Part shown: one piece after another, positions 1 through 10,287 of the stretch | Layout of the letters: every line of letters starts with the position of its first letter | How positions within the stretch are numbered: the first letter of the stretch is position 1 | Source of the DNA: Candidatus Aenigmatarchaeota archaeon | GTDB taxonomy: Archaea > Aenigmatarchaeota > Aenigmatarchaeia > QMZP01 > QMZT01 | Direction of reading: 5' to 3' | Assembly: GCA_963726265.1 (NCBI GenBank) | Contig: CAVSBQ010000002.1 | Span: forward strand, 192,001 to 256,000 | DNA: 64,000 nt | Notes under the pieces: generated by a model | What the model saw: the letters and a program-made list of their open reading frames with translations, nothing else | Database searches by the model: none | Told to the model about the DNA's origin: nothing | Position numbers and translations under genes: made by a program

Positions 1-1
1 G

Positions 2-178
2 AAGCTGAGCCGTTCGCTGTTCGAACACGGCGTGTTCGTGAAGCCGATATTATATCCGCTGGTCTCGAAAGACGCCGCCAGGGTGAGGAACATCGTCACG
101 GCGGAGCACACGCAAGAAGACCTGCAGTTCGCGCTCGACGTCTACAGGAAGGTCGGCAGGGAAATGAAACTCATCTAA
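2..178 (+). CDS. kbl: Glycine C-acetyltransferase (2-amino-3-ketobutyrate CoA ligase)/AONS-family PLP enzyme, C-terminal fragment
   Basis: Frame 2 reads ...GVFVKPILYPLVSKDAARVRNIVTAEHTQEDLQFALDVY...*, a typical class II aminotransferase C-terminus; adjacent to threonine dehydrogenase. Confidence 0.75.
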   Translation, partial: KLSRSLFEHGVFVKPILYPLVSKDAARVRNIVTAEHTQEDLQFALDVYRKVGREMKLI

Positions 179-216
179 AGTTTTATAACTTACCTTCACT
201 TTATTTTCATAAAAGC

Positions 217-289
217 GGGCCGGTAGTCTAGCGGTTATGACGTCGCGCTTACAACGCGAAGGCCGCAGGTTCGATTCCTGCCCGGCCCA
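217..289 (+). tRNA. tRNA-Val(TAC)
   Basis: Acceptor GGGCCGG/CCGGCCC, anticodon arm TCGCG-CTTACAA-CGCGA, T-loop GGTTCGATTCC; no encoded CCA; upstream TATA-like TTTTATAA. Confidence 0.97.
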
Positions 290-323
290 TTATCGCAAAG
301 ATAATTATAAGGGGTTAGGTGGA

Positions 324-1280
324 ATGGCAAAAATTTTGGTTACAGGCGCAACGGGCCAGATAGGCACGAGCCTCGTGCCCGCCCTGAGGGAGAAGTATGG
401 CAGCAGCAACGTAATCGCGACAGGCCACAGGAATATGCCTGATGAAGCTTTCATAAAAGCCGGGCCCTTCGAAATCGCCGATGCGACCAGCAAGGAAGCC
501 TTGCGCGGCATGATAGAGAAATACCACATAAACACGGTTTACCACCTCGTCTCGCTGCTTTCCGCTACCGGAGAGAAGAACCCCGACCTCGCCTGGCACG
601 TCAACATGACGAGTCTGAAGAACGTCCTTGACCTGGCTAGGGAATATGAAATGCGGGTGTTCTGGCCCAGTTCCATTGCCGCTTTCGGCCCGACGACGCC
701 CAGGAACAAAACGCCCCAGGCGACCATACTGGAGCCGAACACGATGTATGGCGTGACGAAAGTCGCGGGCGAGCTGCTTTGCAATTATTATTTCCACAAA
801 TACGGCGTCGACGTCCGAAGCCTCCGCTACCCCGGCATCATAAGCTACAAGGCGCTGCCGGGAGGCGGGACGACTGACTACGCCGTCGAAATATTCTACG
901 AGGCGCTGAAAAACAGGAGATACAAATGCTTCCTGCGCGAGGACTCGACGCTCCCCATGATGTACATGGACGACGCGATACGGGCGACCATCGGCATCAT
1001 GGACGCGCCGCCGGAGAAGATAAAGACCCGCACCGGCTACAACCTGGCGGCCATAAGCTTCTCGCCGGGAGAAATCGCCGCGGAGATAAGGAAACACATC
1101 CCCGCCTTCGCATGCACCTATGAGCCCGACTTCCGCCAGGCCATCGCGGACTCGTGGCCGAAGGTCATCGACGACTCGCAGGCGAGGAAGGACTGGGGCT
1201 GGAGGCACGCATACGACCTCGCGAAAATGACGAGAGACATGCTTGACAAGCTGGGCACGAAACTGGGCGTAAAGTACTGA
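324..1280 (+). CDS. tdh: L-threonine 3-dehydrogenase, SDR (NAD-dependent epimerase/dehydratase) type
   Basis: TGATGQIG Rossmann motif, PSSIAAFG, YGVTK, GGGTTDYAV signature; start moved to MAKILV because the ORF-track start overlaps the tRNA. Confidence 0.85.
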   Translation: MAKILVTGATGQIGTSLVPALREKYGSSNVIATGHRNMPDEAFIKAGPFEIADATSKEALRGMIEKYHINTVYHLVSLLSATGEKNPDLAWHVNMTSLKNVLDLAREYEMRVFWPSSIAAFGPTTPRNKTPQATILEPNTMYGVTKVAGELLCNYYFHKYGVDVRSLRYPGIISYKALPGGGTTDYAVEIFYEALKNRRYKCFLREDSTLPMMYMDDAIRATIGIMDAPPEKIKTRTGYNLAAISFSPGEIAAEIRKHIPAFACTYEPDFRQAIADSWPKVIDDSQARKDWGWRHAYDLAKMTRDMLDKLGTKLGVKY

Positions 1281-1369
1281 TGGGCATGTTTTGCAGGAGT
1301 TCGTGGCACAAAAACCTTTTTTAAGTCTAAATGTGATTTTTTTATTTACCGTGCGGGTTTGGGGTTTAT

Positions 1370-3382
1370 ATGGCCAAGGCGAAAATGACAAGGGAAGAAA
1401 CGCTGGAAAAGTTCAACAAGTTCATGGACGAGTTCTACACGAAAGAGCTCGCGAAGGCTGCGAATGACGGCAAGCCGCTTGTCATCGACTTCGCCAACCT
1501 GGACAAGTTCAATGCCGACCTTTCCGACATGCTGCTCAACCACCCGAACGCCTTCATGGAGCTTACGGGCGAGGCGCTGGGCCAGATGGACCTCGCCAAC
1601 ACCGTAAAGCTCAAGTTCCAGATGAGCGAACCGTTCAACATACGCGACCTGCGCTCCAGACACATAGGCAAGTTCATGTGCATCGAGGGCATCGTGAGGC
1701 GCTCCAGCGAGATAAGGCCTGAGATAACGGAAACGACCTGGCAGTGCCCGGACTGCGGCGAGATATTCCCCCAGCCGAGGAAGGCGAACTTCATCGCCGA
1801 GCCTTACCAATGCCCGAAATGCAGGAACAAGAACGGGCTAAAACAGATAGACAAGAAGATGATAGATACGCGATGGATAACGATAGACGAGCCCTTCGAG
1901 CTCACGGAAGGCGAGAGGCCGTCGCAACTCAATATTTTCCTCACGGAGGACCTGGTCTCGCCTGAGGGCAGGCGCATGACGGACCCGGGGAACCGCATAA
2001 GGATAAGCGGCGTCCTGCGCGAGATGCCCAAAGTCAAGTCCATGGTGAAACTTGACTTTTATTTTGACGCCAATCACGTCGAGCCGACCGAGATAGGCTG
2101 GAGGCAGATGGAGGTGACGAAGGAGGACGAAGAAAAGATAAAGGAATTCGCAAAAGATCCCATCATTTACGAGAAGCTCGTCGATTCCATCGCACCGTCG
2201 CTTTACGGCATGCGCGAGATAAAGGAATCCATCGTCCTGCAGATGTTCGGTGGGGTTCCTCGCACGCTGAAGGACGGGACTAAGTTCAGGGGTGACATAC
2301 ACCTCCTGCTCATAGGCGACCCGTCATCCGGTAAATCGCAGCTGATGAAGCTCATCCCCCAGATAGTCCCGCGCGGCAAGTATGTTTCCGGTAAAGGCGT
2401 CACAGGCGCCGGTCTTACCGCAACCGTCGTTAAGGACGAGCAGTTCATGGGCGGATGGGTGCTCGAGGCAGGAGCGCTTGTCCTGACCAACGGCGGGCTG
2501 CTCGCGATCGACGAATTTGAGAAGATGTCGCAGGACGACCAGGTCGCCATGCACGAGGCGCTCGAACAGGGAACGATATCGATAGCGAAGGCTTCGATAG
2601 TCGCGACGCTGCCTGCCCAGACTTCGGTGCTCGCGGGCGGCAACCCGAAGTTCTCGAGGTTCGACCCTTACATGCCCATAGCGAAGCAGATAAACATCCC
2701 GGATACCCTGCTCACGCGTTTCGACCTCAAGTTCGCGCTGAGGGACGTGCCTGACGCCGAGATGGACAGGAAGATAGTGGAGCACGTTCTCAAATCGAGG
2801 GAACATGATTTCGAGACGACCAAGCCGCTCATAGATCCCGCCTTCATAAGGAAATACGTGGCCTATGCGAAGAAACACTACACCCCCGTCCTTACCACGG
2901 AGACGGGCAAGACGCTGAGGAAGTTCTACATAAACATGAGGAAGCGCGCGGAAGAGCGCGGCGGCGCAGGCGGGCCAATCCCCATAACGCTTCGCCAGTT
3001 CGAGGCACTCATCCGTCTTTCCGAGGCGTCGGCGCGCATCCAGCTCAGCAACGAAATACGCAAGGAAGACACGCAGCGCGCGATAAGGCTCATGCGCTTC
3101 TCGCTGGAGCAGCTCGGCCTCGACACGAAAACCGGCGAGATCGACATAGACAGGGCGGAAGGCGCGACGACGACGTCGAGCGACAGGTCGAAGATAAGAA
3201 TCGTCTTGGACATAATCAGGGAGCTTTCCGAGAAGTCGAAGGAGGTCCCTGTCGCAGAGATACACAAGCTCGCGCTGAAGGGAGGGCTTGAAAGCGACGA
3301 CGAGGTCGATGACGTTATAGAGAAGCTCAAGCGCGAGGGCCTGCTGTTCGAGCCCAGCCCCAACTACGTGCAGAAGGTTTAA
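1370..3382 (+). CDS. mcm: MCM replicative helicase
   Basis: CPDC/CPKC zinc finger, GDPSSGKSQ Walker A, IDEFEKM Walker B, LLTRFDL arginine finger, ITLRQFEALIRL. Confidence 0.97.
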   Translation: MAKAKMTREETLEKFNKFMDEFYTKELAKAANDGKPLVIDFANLDKFNADLSDMLLNHPNAFMELTGEALGQMDLANTVKLKFQMSEPFNIRDLRSRHIGKFMCIEGIVRRSSEIRPEITETTWQCPDCGEIFPQPRKANFIAEPYQCPKCRNKNGLKQIDKKMIDTRWITIDEPFELTEGERPSQLNIFLTEDLVSPEGRRMTDPGNRIRISGVLREMPKVKSMVKLDFYFDANHVEPTEIGWRQMEVTKEDEEKIKEFAKDPIIYEKLVDSIAPSLYGMREIKESIVLQMFGGVPRTLKDGTKFRGDIHLLLIGDPSSGKSQLMKLIPQIVPRGKYVSGKGVTGAGLTATVVKDEQFMGGWVLEAGALVLTNGGLLAIDEFEKMSQDDQVAMHEALEQGTISIAKASIVATLPAQTSVLAGGNPKFSRFDPYMPIAKQINIPDTLLTRFDLKFALRDVPDAEMDRKIVEHVLKSREHDFETTKPLIDPAFIRKYVAYAKKHYTPVLTTETGKTLRKFYINMRKRAEERGGAGGPIPITLRQFEALIRLSEASARIQLSNEIRKEDTQRAIRLMRFSLEQLGLDTKTGEIDIDRAEGATTTSSDRSKIRIVLDIIRELSEKSKEVPVAEIHKLALKGGLESDDEVDDVIEKLKREGLLFEPSPNYVQKV

Positions 3383-3439
3383 AAATTAGTTTCTTTTAAG
3401 TGGTGAATATAATATAAATGTATTTGCCATAGAATAAGC

Positions 3440-4150
3440 ATGGCAAAGGTGGATAAGATATTCTATCTAACTCCCGGTACTGAAACTTTAGTTCATTATT
3501 TGAGCCAGGGCGTTCTAGAGTGCATGAAATTTGTCCCTGTCAAAATTTTTTATGGAGATTTGAGAGATCCGCTACATCGCATACAGATAGATGACGAAAA
3601 CGCTGTGCTGATATGGGGTGACGGGTATGACCACGGCATAACATATTTTTTCAGGCCCAGCGTCCCTTATCGCAAATCAGTCGACGACGCACACGGAGAT
3701 GCCGTCTTTTTCAGGAAAGGCCATAAGGTGGGCATGACAAATCACAATAATGCGCTCGCGGTTCTTGACCCAAACCTGATTGAACTGGAGGTTCTCGGAG
3801 TAAAGGAGCCGGGCCCAGACCGCATGTCTCCAGAGACGTTCTCAGTTAACGGCAAGGTCATAAGATTTTCTGACAAACTGAAAACCGGCTTCCTGCCACC
3901 GAAGGCGGGGATAGTCCACAAAAGCATAGATTTGGACGTCATAAAGGATTATTCGTGCTGTTATGCGTTTGACCGAGGCGAAAGCTCTTACGAAGATGTC
4001 AGGAGGTCTTTTGAAGAAGTTCTTGCAAACAACAGAGTTGTAAGATTCGATATAGGCGGGCTGGATGTTTACCAAGGAGTCAGGCAAAAAATCATGGATG
4101 GGATTAAAATCTACAGTGATTTGATAGAGCTTTATCTTGACAGCGCATAA
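3440..4150 (+). CDS. Hypothetical protein, arginase/ureohydrolase-like fold
   Basis: GDGYDHGIT, DAHGD and SIDLDV resemble arginase metal-binding motifs; lower GC than MCM. Confidence 0.5.
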   Translation: MAKVDKIFYLTPGTETLVHYLSQGVLECMKFVPVKIFYGDLRDPLHRIQIDDENAVLIWGDGYDHGITYFFRPSVPYRKSVDDAHGDAVFFRKGHKVGMTNHNNALAVLDPNLIELEVLGVKEPGPDRMSPETFSVNGKVIRFSDKLKTGFLPPKAGIVHKSIDLDVIKDYSCCYAFDRGESSYEDVRRSFEEVLANNRVVRFDIGGLDVYQGVRQKIMDGIKIYSDLIELYLDSA

Positions 4151-4210
4151 GGCGCTTTTATCTGATGTCCAGTAATCAACAATTTATACGTTTCAATCCA
4201 ATTACTTCTC

Positions 4211-4525
4211 ATGAACTGCCCCAAATGCGACGGAGGAGCTTACGTCTCGGAGGAAGAAGTGGTGAACGTCCTGGAGAACACGCTGCCCGTCAAGGTCATC
4301 CTCAAGGTCACCTACGTCTGCAAGTCGTGCAGCGAGCGCTTCTCGAGGGTCTTCTGGGAGGACGTGGAAGCGGCGAGGAAGAGGACTGAAGCAAAGGACA
4401 GGAAGGCCAGAGACTGGAGGCCATCGCCGGGCATGCCGACGAGCGAGTTCTCTGCCGGGTCTGAGGTTCAGTCGTCCGGCAACATCGAGGTCAAGGACAA
4501 GCTGAAGTTCCTCGACGACATCTAG
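4211..4525 (+). CDS. Small zinc-ribbon protein
   Basis: CPKC...CKSC. Confidence 0.7.
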   Translation: MNCPKCDGGAYVSEEEVVNVLENTLPVKVILKVTYVCKSCSERFSRVFWEDVEAARKRTEAKDRKARDWRPSPGMPTSEFSAGSEVQSSGNIEVKDKLKFLDDI

Positions 4526-4868
4526 AACGAAACCTAGGTAGTGCGGATGGATGATAAGTGAATCGTTCGCCCCACATGTCTTTATACGCCTTATCCCTTT
4601 CCGTTTCTCCTAAAACAGGCGCGCCTTCAACTAGGGCACCATTGTTTAGTGGAAGCGTAGCACGAACACCGCTGTTTTCGTAACACCATGGCCCCTCAGG
4701 ATCTCTTTCCAGAAAAAGTCCGATGGCTTTAACATAAACTCTCCATTTTCCATCAAAATCATCTACTTTCGGCAGCTCGTCCACGGACGGTCCACACCCA
4801 TACGGGCCAAAGCCATTGCCTCCCGTGTGCTTTCCACTGCCCCTCGCATGCCTTCCATTGTCTCCCAT
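4491..4868 (-). CDS. Hypothetical protein
   Basis: GGGGTGA Shine-Dalgarno before the ATG and an upstream TTTATAT box; 3' end overlaps the convergent gene. Confidence 0.45.
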   Translation of the reverse strand: MGDNGRHARGSGKHTGGNGFGPYGCGPSVDELPKVDDFDGKWRVYVKAIGLFLERDPEGPWCYENSGVRATLPLNNGALVEGAPVLGETERDKAYKDMWGERFTYHPSALPRFRSRCRRGTSACP

Positions 4869-5185
4869 ATGCTCTCACCCCTTTCATAGCGGAATTCTTG
4901 GAGAAGGAGATGCGATTCCCGGGCCCGCGAAGGCCCTGAAGCGACCCACACATAGTATATCAGCAAACATATAAATAGTTTCGCCGCTATCGGTTTAGGT
5001 AGAAAAAGCTGACCATGCTTTTCGCCCTTAAAATGCTCCTTGGGCTGAGGAGGAAGCAAAAAAGAACCCTTCAATAATTGTTTTGGGATGTTTATATTGA
5101 TTTCTATCCTGCAAGAATTATTTTCCAAAAAATATTTTCAGGCCGTAATTTGCCTGTTAGCCTTGCCTGTCAGTTTACCTGTTAG

Positions 5186-6013
5186 CTACCGGACCTTCAT
5201 GTCCATGCAGAACTTGAGGGTTTTCGGCCCGTATTCCGAGACCTTCGCTATCTTGACGCCCGTTACCTTCCTCTTCTGAGAGCGTATGTCGACGTCGGCG
5301 ATTTCCTTTATGTCGTCCAGCGCCTCTGCGGATGACCAGAAATAATAGTGTATCACGCCGCCCTTCTTCTTCAAGCATTTGGCGGCGAGCTTCAGGTATT
5401 CGTATGCTCCTTTTGGCAAAGGCATGACGACCCTGTCGCATGCGCCGAAATGCTTCGTGCATTCGGCTTCGACGTCGCCAAGAAGGGGGATGATCTTGTC
5501 GCCGGCCTTGTTTATCCTGACGTTCTCAACCATGTATTTGTAGGCGTCGGGATTCAGCTCGACCGCGTAAATCTTCTTCACTTTAGGCTGGCGCTTCGCG
5601 ATGGCAATCGCGTACGGACCGGCGCCCGCGAACATGACCATGACCGTCTCGCCTGTTCTGACCTGTTTCGCTATCCTTTGCCGCTCGTTCGCTTCGCGCG
5701 GCGAAAAATAGACTCTCCTCACATCCAGGCGGATGCGGTAGCCGTTCTCCTTGTGCTCCGTTTCTCTTTCATCGCCGTAAAGCAGCTTCATCTCGCGCAG
5801 GCGGTATGCGCCCTTGCGCTCGCTGCCCTTGCTGTAGACCGTTTTCACGCGCGGGTGGATCTCGAGCAGGGCGTCGACTATGTCGCGCTCCCTGTGCGCA
5901 AGCTCGTCGGGAATCTCGACTATCGCTATGTCCCCGACGATGTCGAACGAGCCTTTCAGCAGCCTGAGCTCATGCTCCGGCAGGCGCCTTTCGAGCAGCT
6001 CCCTCATGTCCAT
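5186..6013 (-). CDS. trm5: Trm5/Taw2-family tRNA methyltransferase
   Basis: FDIVGDIAI, HKENG, YFSPR..ER.RI, MFAGAGPY, DRVVMPLP. Confidence 0.85.
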   Translation of the reverse strand: MDMRELLERRLPEHELRLLKGSFDIVGDIAIVEIPDELAHRERDIVDALLEIHPRVKTVYSKGSERKGAYRLREMKLLYGDERETEHKENGYRIRLDVRRVYFSPREANERQRIAKQVRTGETVMVMFAGAGPYAIAIAKRQPKVKKIYAVELNPDAYKYMVENVRINKAGDKIIPLLGDVEAECTKHFGACDRVVMPLPKGAYEYLKLAAKCLKKKGGVIHYYFWSSAEALDDIKEIADVDIRSQKRKVTGVKIAKVSEYGPKTLKFCMDMKVR

Positions 6014-6103
6014 ACTTAATAGTGTGCGGTTTCCTATAAAAATTTGAAGAAGTTATTAAAGTCCCGCGGAATAAGAATACTATCTGATGGAGCGGTTGGG
6101 AAA

Positions 6104-6733
6104 ATGCGGAAACTGGACATCGAAACGGAGCGTGATTTCAGGGGCGATCTCAGAAGCGACATCAGCCTCGAGATGCTCAGCGAGGCGTTCCTGAAGGAGC
6201 TTGAAAAGGTAAGGCAGCTCGTGGACGACTCTGAATTCGAAGATGAGCCCGCGGATGACGAAAATGGCGACGATTCCGAATACTCGGAGGTCTACGGCGG
6301 GGACAAGGGCGACCTGAAAAAATACCAGGAGAAGTTCATGGCATACGCCGAGAAGCTGAAACAGGCCGTCGAGCAGCTCTACGGCGAGAAGCATGCGAAG
6401 GAGAGCGCCAATGAAAAGACAGAAAAGGCGACCGAGGAACAGATGAAAACGCCGTGGGAGCGCGGGCATAAGCTCGGCTGCGGCTGCCCTGGATGCAGCG
6501 CGTACCGAGAGTTCCACGGCATAAGGCTCGACGGGAAAAACCAGGGCTACATGGGCGGTGCCATGGCGATGAGGACGGCAGAGGGAAAGAAGGAGACGTC
6601 AAAATACGAGGAGGCGTCTTCGAAGCCGTGCGGAGGCAAGCTTTACCACCATTTCCACGGCGAGCGCGCCGAACTGAGGAACGTGTTCGGCCAGCAGACC
6701 AAGAGATTCAACTTCGGCCGCGCCGGGTATTAA
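6104..6733 (+). CDS. Hypothetical acidic protein with HxxGCGCPGC motif
   Basis: Long ORF with host-like codon usage. Confidence 0.65.
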   Translation: MRKLDIETERDFRGDLRSDISLEMLSEAFLKELEKVRQLVDDSEFEDEPADDENGDDSEYSEVYGGDKGDLKKYQEKFMAYAEKLKQAVEQLYGEKHAKESANEKTEKATEEQMKTPWERGHKLGCGCPGCSAYREFHGIRLDGKNQGYMGGAMAMRTAEGKKETSKYEEASSKPCGGKLYHHFHGERAELRNVFGQQTKRFNFGRAGY

Positions 6734-6779
6734 TCTTAATAACCAACACTAATTAATAGGAATTAATAATAATTGTGAT

Positions 6780-7976
6780 GTGATTACAGTGCTTGAACTG
6801 AAATTCGATGCTGAAAGAGGCGTGTGGGCCGACGCGGCCGAAACAGTGGAAAAACTGGCGAGCGATTTCTTCGGCGACAGGGAGAAGGACGTCGTAAAGC
6901 TCATGCCGGAGGAGGCGCTCTACCTCATGCTCTTCAGGAACGCGGTCGTGCACGACGGCGGCAGGGATATGAACTTCAACGACGTCGCAGGCCATTTCGT
7001 GAAGAAGGAGCCAAGGCTTTTCATCCGCTATAACGCCTACCGCGACTGGCGCGATCGAGGCCTTGTCATCAGGAGATTCCGCCTGAACATACAGGGCAAG
7101 CACTCCAAGAAGACGTACAAGAAATACCCTGCGCAGAAGTTCAGCGGCGACAAGATAAAGGCGAAGGCATTCTGGTATCCCGACTCATTGTTTTCCGTCC
7201 TCGACAACGAAGAAGCCGGCAGACAGCTGTTCGAAAGGTTCTGGCTCGGGCAATACGGCGTCTACAAGCAGGAGAGGGGGCAGCAGTCGAAGCTCGACTT
7301 CTTCGAGACCATTTTCATAGCCAAGCATCTCGGCGCCGAGATAATCAACAGCGAGAGCGGGAAGCGGATGACATACCAGGAGGTCGTGAAGGAGGTCGTC
7401 ACCAGACGCGAATACGCGAAGCAGCTGTACGACGTCTACGAGGACTGGCGCATGAAGGCATACGTGGTCAAGACCGGCTTCAAGTTCGGCTCGCACTTCA
7501 GGATTTACTTCCCGGGCGCTTCGCCTGTGAAGGAGGACGAGTGGATACATTCGAGGCACGTTCTCCACGTCTTCCCCAAGGAGCAGAAGCTGCTGATTTC
7601 GGAATGGTCGCGCGCCGTCCGCGTGGCGCATGGCGTCAAGAAGACGTTCATCCTCGGCGTGCCGGAGCTGACGAAGGACGACTACATCGACCTCCCTGTG
7701 GACTTCGTGGCCTACAGGAGGAAGAAGGGCGCGGGCGCATGGGTGCGCGAAACCCCGAAGGACAAGCCGAGATACATGCTCATCGCCGTATCGGAAGACG
7801 AGCACATCGGAGGCGTGGAACTCGCGTCGCTCCTTAACAAGGCGAAGGAGATGGGTCTCAATCTCCTTCTTTCGATCACGGACAGGGAAACCAGCATAAC
7901 CTATTACGAACTGAAGAAGATAATCCTGCCCAAGTCCAAATACGAATACTACGAGATAGAATGGTTCAAGCCGTGA
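6780..7976 (+). CDS. endA: tRNA-intron endonuclease, three-unit (epsilon2/ARMAN-like) architecture
   Basis: N-domain (LMPEEALYL, YRDWRDRG), full catalytic unit (KTGFKFGSHFRIY, HS, RVAHGVKK), C-terminal structural unit ending YYEIEWFKP. Confidence 0.9.
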   Translation: MITVLELKFDAERGVWADAAETVEKLASDFFGDREKDVVKLMPEEALYLMLFRNAVVHDGGRDMNFNDVAGHFVKKEPRLFIRYNAYRDWRDRGLVIRRFRLNIQGKHSKKTYKKYPAQKFSGDKIKAKAFWYPDSLFSVLDNEEAGRQLFERFWLGQYGVYKQERGQQSKLDFFETIFIAKHLGAEIINSESGKRMTYQEVVKEVVTRREYAKQLYDVYEDWRMKAYVVKTGFKFGSHFRIYFPGASPVKEDEWIHSRHVLHVFPKEQKLLISEWSRAVRVAHGVKKTFILGVPELTKDDYIDLPVDFVAYRRKKGAGAWVRETPKDKPRYMLIAVSEDEHIGGVELASLLNKAKEMGLNLLLSITDRETSITYYELKKIILPKSKYEYYEIEWFKP

Positions 7977-7984
7977 GAGGACGG

Positions 7985-8332
7985 ATGTCTATGGCCCTGT
8001 TTGACCAGAATCTTCTCATTTATGCGATATACGTGTTTATAGGCTTCGTAGCCGGCAGGATACTTACGGCAGTCGAATACGCGGTCCTCAAGTCCAAGCA
8101 CGAAAGCTACAAAATCCTCAATGTCAGCGAAAGGTTTTCCCACTCTTTCAGCACTGCGAAAAGCCCGCCGGTTCCGCTCGATATCTCGCATGAGGTTTCC
8201 GGCAGCTCCGGAAGCTTCTACGTGCTCGACCCCAATTACTACAGGGAGCTTACGCCGCAGGAGACGGCCGCCAAATATTACATCGAGATGGAAAAAAGGC
8301 ACGCAGCCCATGCGTTCAAAAAAACGGCCTGA
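7985..8332 (+). CDS. Hypothetical membrane-anchored protein
   Basis: N-terminal hydrophobic helix. Confidence 0.6.
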   Translation: MSMALFDQNLLIYAIYVFIGFVAGRILTAVEYAVLKSKHESYKILNVSERFSHSFSTAKSPPVPLDISHEVSGSSGSFYVLDPNYYRELTPQETAAKYYIEMEKRHAAHAFKKTA

Positions 8333-8388
8333 TAAAACGGGCGCTGCATTGCTTGCATGTTTTTAAAACCATCCGCGAAATAAATAGC

Positions 8389-8970
8389 ATGAAATTCGGA
8401 CTGCAAACCCTTACTGGCGGACTCGTGAAGGCTAAAGTGGATGAGCACCACCACACATCGCTTACCAAGCCATCCGTCAGCGAGATATCCATTTTCGAGG
8501 GCCATCTGAAAAGCCTGCATCCCAAGGCGGACACGAGCGTCCTCATACTCGGCTCCAGCCCGGAGCTGCGCGAGCTTGCGGCCAAGATGAAAGTCAAGGC
8601 GACCGTCATCGCGAACGACCTGGAAGTCATAGAGAGGACCGCCGTCCAGATGAAAAAGCGGAACAAGAACGAGCACTGGCTCGAGGGCACCATCATATCG
8701 CTTCCGCTGCAGAAGAACAGCTTCGACGTCATCTTCAGCGACCACGTTGTAGCCAGCATCTCGCCTTTCAACAAGGATGACTTCTACGTGAGAATGAAGG
8801 AAATCCTCAAGGACGACGGCTTTGTCGTCCTGCGCTCAATGGTGCTGAAGAAGACTGAAAAGCCGTTCGAAAACAGGGTAACCAAATACTTCACCATAGT
8901 CGAGAAGAAGTTCGGCAAGGAAGGCGTTTTCTCGAACTACTTCCCGATATACCTGATGAGGCCGAAGTGA
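8389..8970 (+). CDS. Class I SAM-dependent methyltransferase-like protein
   Basis: VLILGSSPELR, LPLQKNSFDVIFSD, LKDDGFVVL. Confidence 0.65.
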   Translation: MKFGLQTLTGGLVKAKVDEHHHTSLTKPSVSEISIFEGHLKSLHPKADTSVLILGSSPELRELAAKMKVKATVIANDLEVIERTAVQMKKRNKNEHWLEGTIISLPLQKNSFDVIFSDHVVASISPFNKDDFYVRMKEILKDDGFVVLRSMVLKKTEKPFENRVTKYFTIVEKKFGKEGVFSNYFPIYLMRPK

Positions 8971-8979
8971 ACGCGCCTT

Positions 8980-9690
8980 CTAGAAAAACAGCACCACGAG
9001 AACCGCCAGGACCATCATGTTGCCGAAGTCGGCGACTGACGTCGTTATCGGGATGAGGAAGTTGTTAGGATCCTCGCCTTTTTTGTAGAAATGAATGCCT
9101 GCGACGACCGCTATGACGAACAGCGCGCTCACGAGCACGAGCACGTCGGCGACGACTAGGAACAGAATCCTGAATATGAGCGAGGCGTCGACCGCGTATT
9201 CCGAAAACGAGGCAATCACGAGCGCAACGCTCGAGCTGAAGAGGGCGGTAAGGAAGGCGATGAATATGAGCTGCAAAAACAGCTTCCGCAACTCTAAATT
9301 CTTCCACCATGCGCTTTTTATTTTCCCCTCGTACAGCAACGTGGAGAATTTGGACGAGATAACCGTTCCGTAATTGCCTATCATGTCGTTGAGGACGGGA
9401 AGCAGTATGAGCAGCGGGATTATGGAAACGAAAAGCGTCTTTATGTTTTCCAAAGCGAGGCCGCCAAAGGAACTTATGAGCGAGGCGAGCAGGAGGATGC
9501 GTATGCTCTCCCTGATTATCGTCCTGGGCACGTTGGAATGAGGACCATACTCCTTGACGTAGAACAGCGTCTTCTTGGAAATGTTGTGCTTCTTGTGTAT
9601 CGTGTGTATGAGCGGGTGATAGTGCTTCCTCTTGAGTTTCTGCAGCTTCTTCAGATGCCTGTGCGCGGGATGATGCTTGATCCGTGTCAT
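8980..9690 (-). CDS. MgtE-type magnesium transporter membrane domain with His/Lys-rich N-terminus
   Basis: LLPVLNDMIGNYG and EDPNNFLIPITTSVADF; ATGA overlap with the upstream paralogue. Confidence 0.8.
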   Translation of the reverse strand: MTRIKHHPAHRHLKKLQKLKRKHYHPLIHTIHKKHNISKKTLFYVKEYGPHSNVPRTIIRESIRILLLASLISSFGGLALENIKTLFVSIIPLLILLPVLNDMIGNYGTVISSKFSTLLYEGKIKSAWWKNLELRKLFLQLIFIAFLTALFSSSVALVIASFSEYAVDASLIFRILFLVVADVLVLVSALFVIAVVAGIHFYKKGEDPNNFLIPITTSVADFGNMMVLAVLVVLFF

Positions 9691-10229
9691 ATTATCACCA
9701 GGGCGATGAGCAGCGAAACGATGCTGCTTATGTCGCCGGTCGACGTGACAAACGTGCCCATTATGTTGTTGGGGTCGTGGCCTTTCCTGAAGAGGTAAAG
9801 GGTCATGAAAAGCGTGAGCGGGATTTCGATCGCATTGGCGATTATCCCGGCGATGACGGGGAGGATGATTATTTGCAGGGTATATATCCCGAAAACGAAA
9901 AGGCTGAAGAGGAAGGCAATGGAGCCGAGGACGAACGTGAGAACAATGACCATGAGGAACGACGCGATGAGGTTGCCCCTGGTTATCCTCGTGTTGTATT
10001 TGTCCGGCCTGACCACTCCGAGGAACATCCCGGAACTGAGGCGGCACGCCATCGAGCCGCTTATGTTGCCCCTCATTTCAAGAAAACCCGGAAGAAGTAT
10101 GAGCATGCCAGGTATGAGCAGTATCTTGCCCGTGCATATGGCGAGGATGGTCCCCGCCACAAGGTCTATGAGCACGCACAACATCTGGGACGACAATATC
10201 TCCCCGAAGTTCCTGTCAAAGAACCCCAT
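9687..10229 (-). CDS. MgtE-type magnesium transporter membrane domain
   Basis: LLPGFLEMRGNISG and HDPNNIMGTFVTSTGD. Confidence 0.8.
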   Translation of the reverse strand: MGFFDRNFGEILSSQMLCVLIDLVAGTILAICTGKILLIPGMLILLPGFLEMRGNISGSMACRLSSGMFLGVVRPDKYNTRITRGNLIASFLMVIVLTFVLGSIAFLFSLFVFGIYTLQIIILPVIAGIIANAIEIPLTLFMTLYLFRKGHDPNNIMGTFVTSTGDISSIVSLLIALVII

Positions 10230-10287
10230 AATATTATTTTAGAACCATTCTCAATATAATATTAATAAATTCAACTGGAGGTTGGCA

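Noticed and set aside
1370..3382. Inteins in MCM (also checked in NrdJ)
   Set aside because: Lengths are normal and no C...HN intein termini or LAGLIDADG motifs are visible
9691..10047. 355-aa MgtE ORF
   Set aside because: The N-terminal part is an off-frame reading of the upstream paralogue; the ATGA overlap gives a start at 9690
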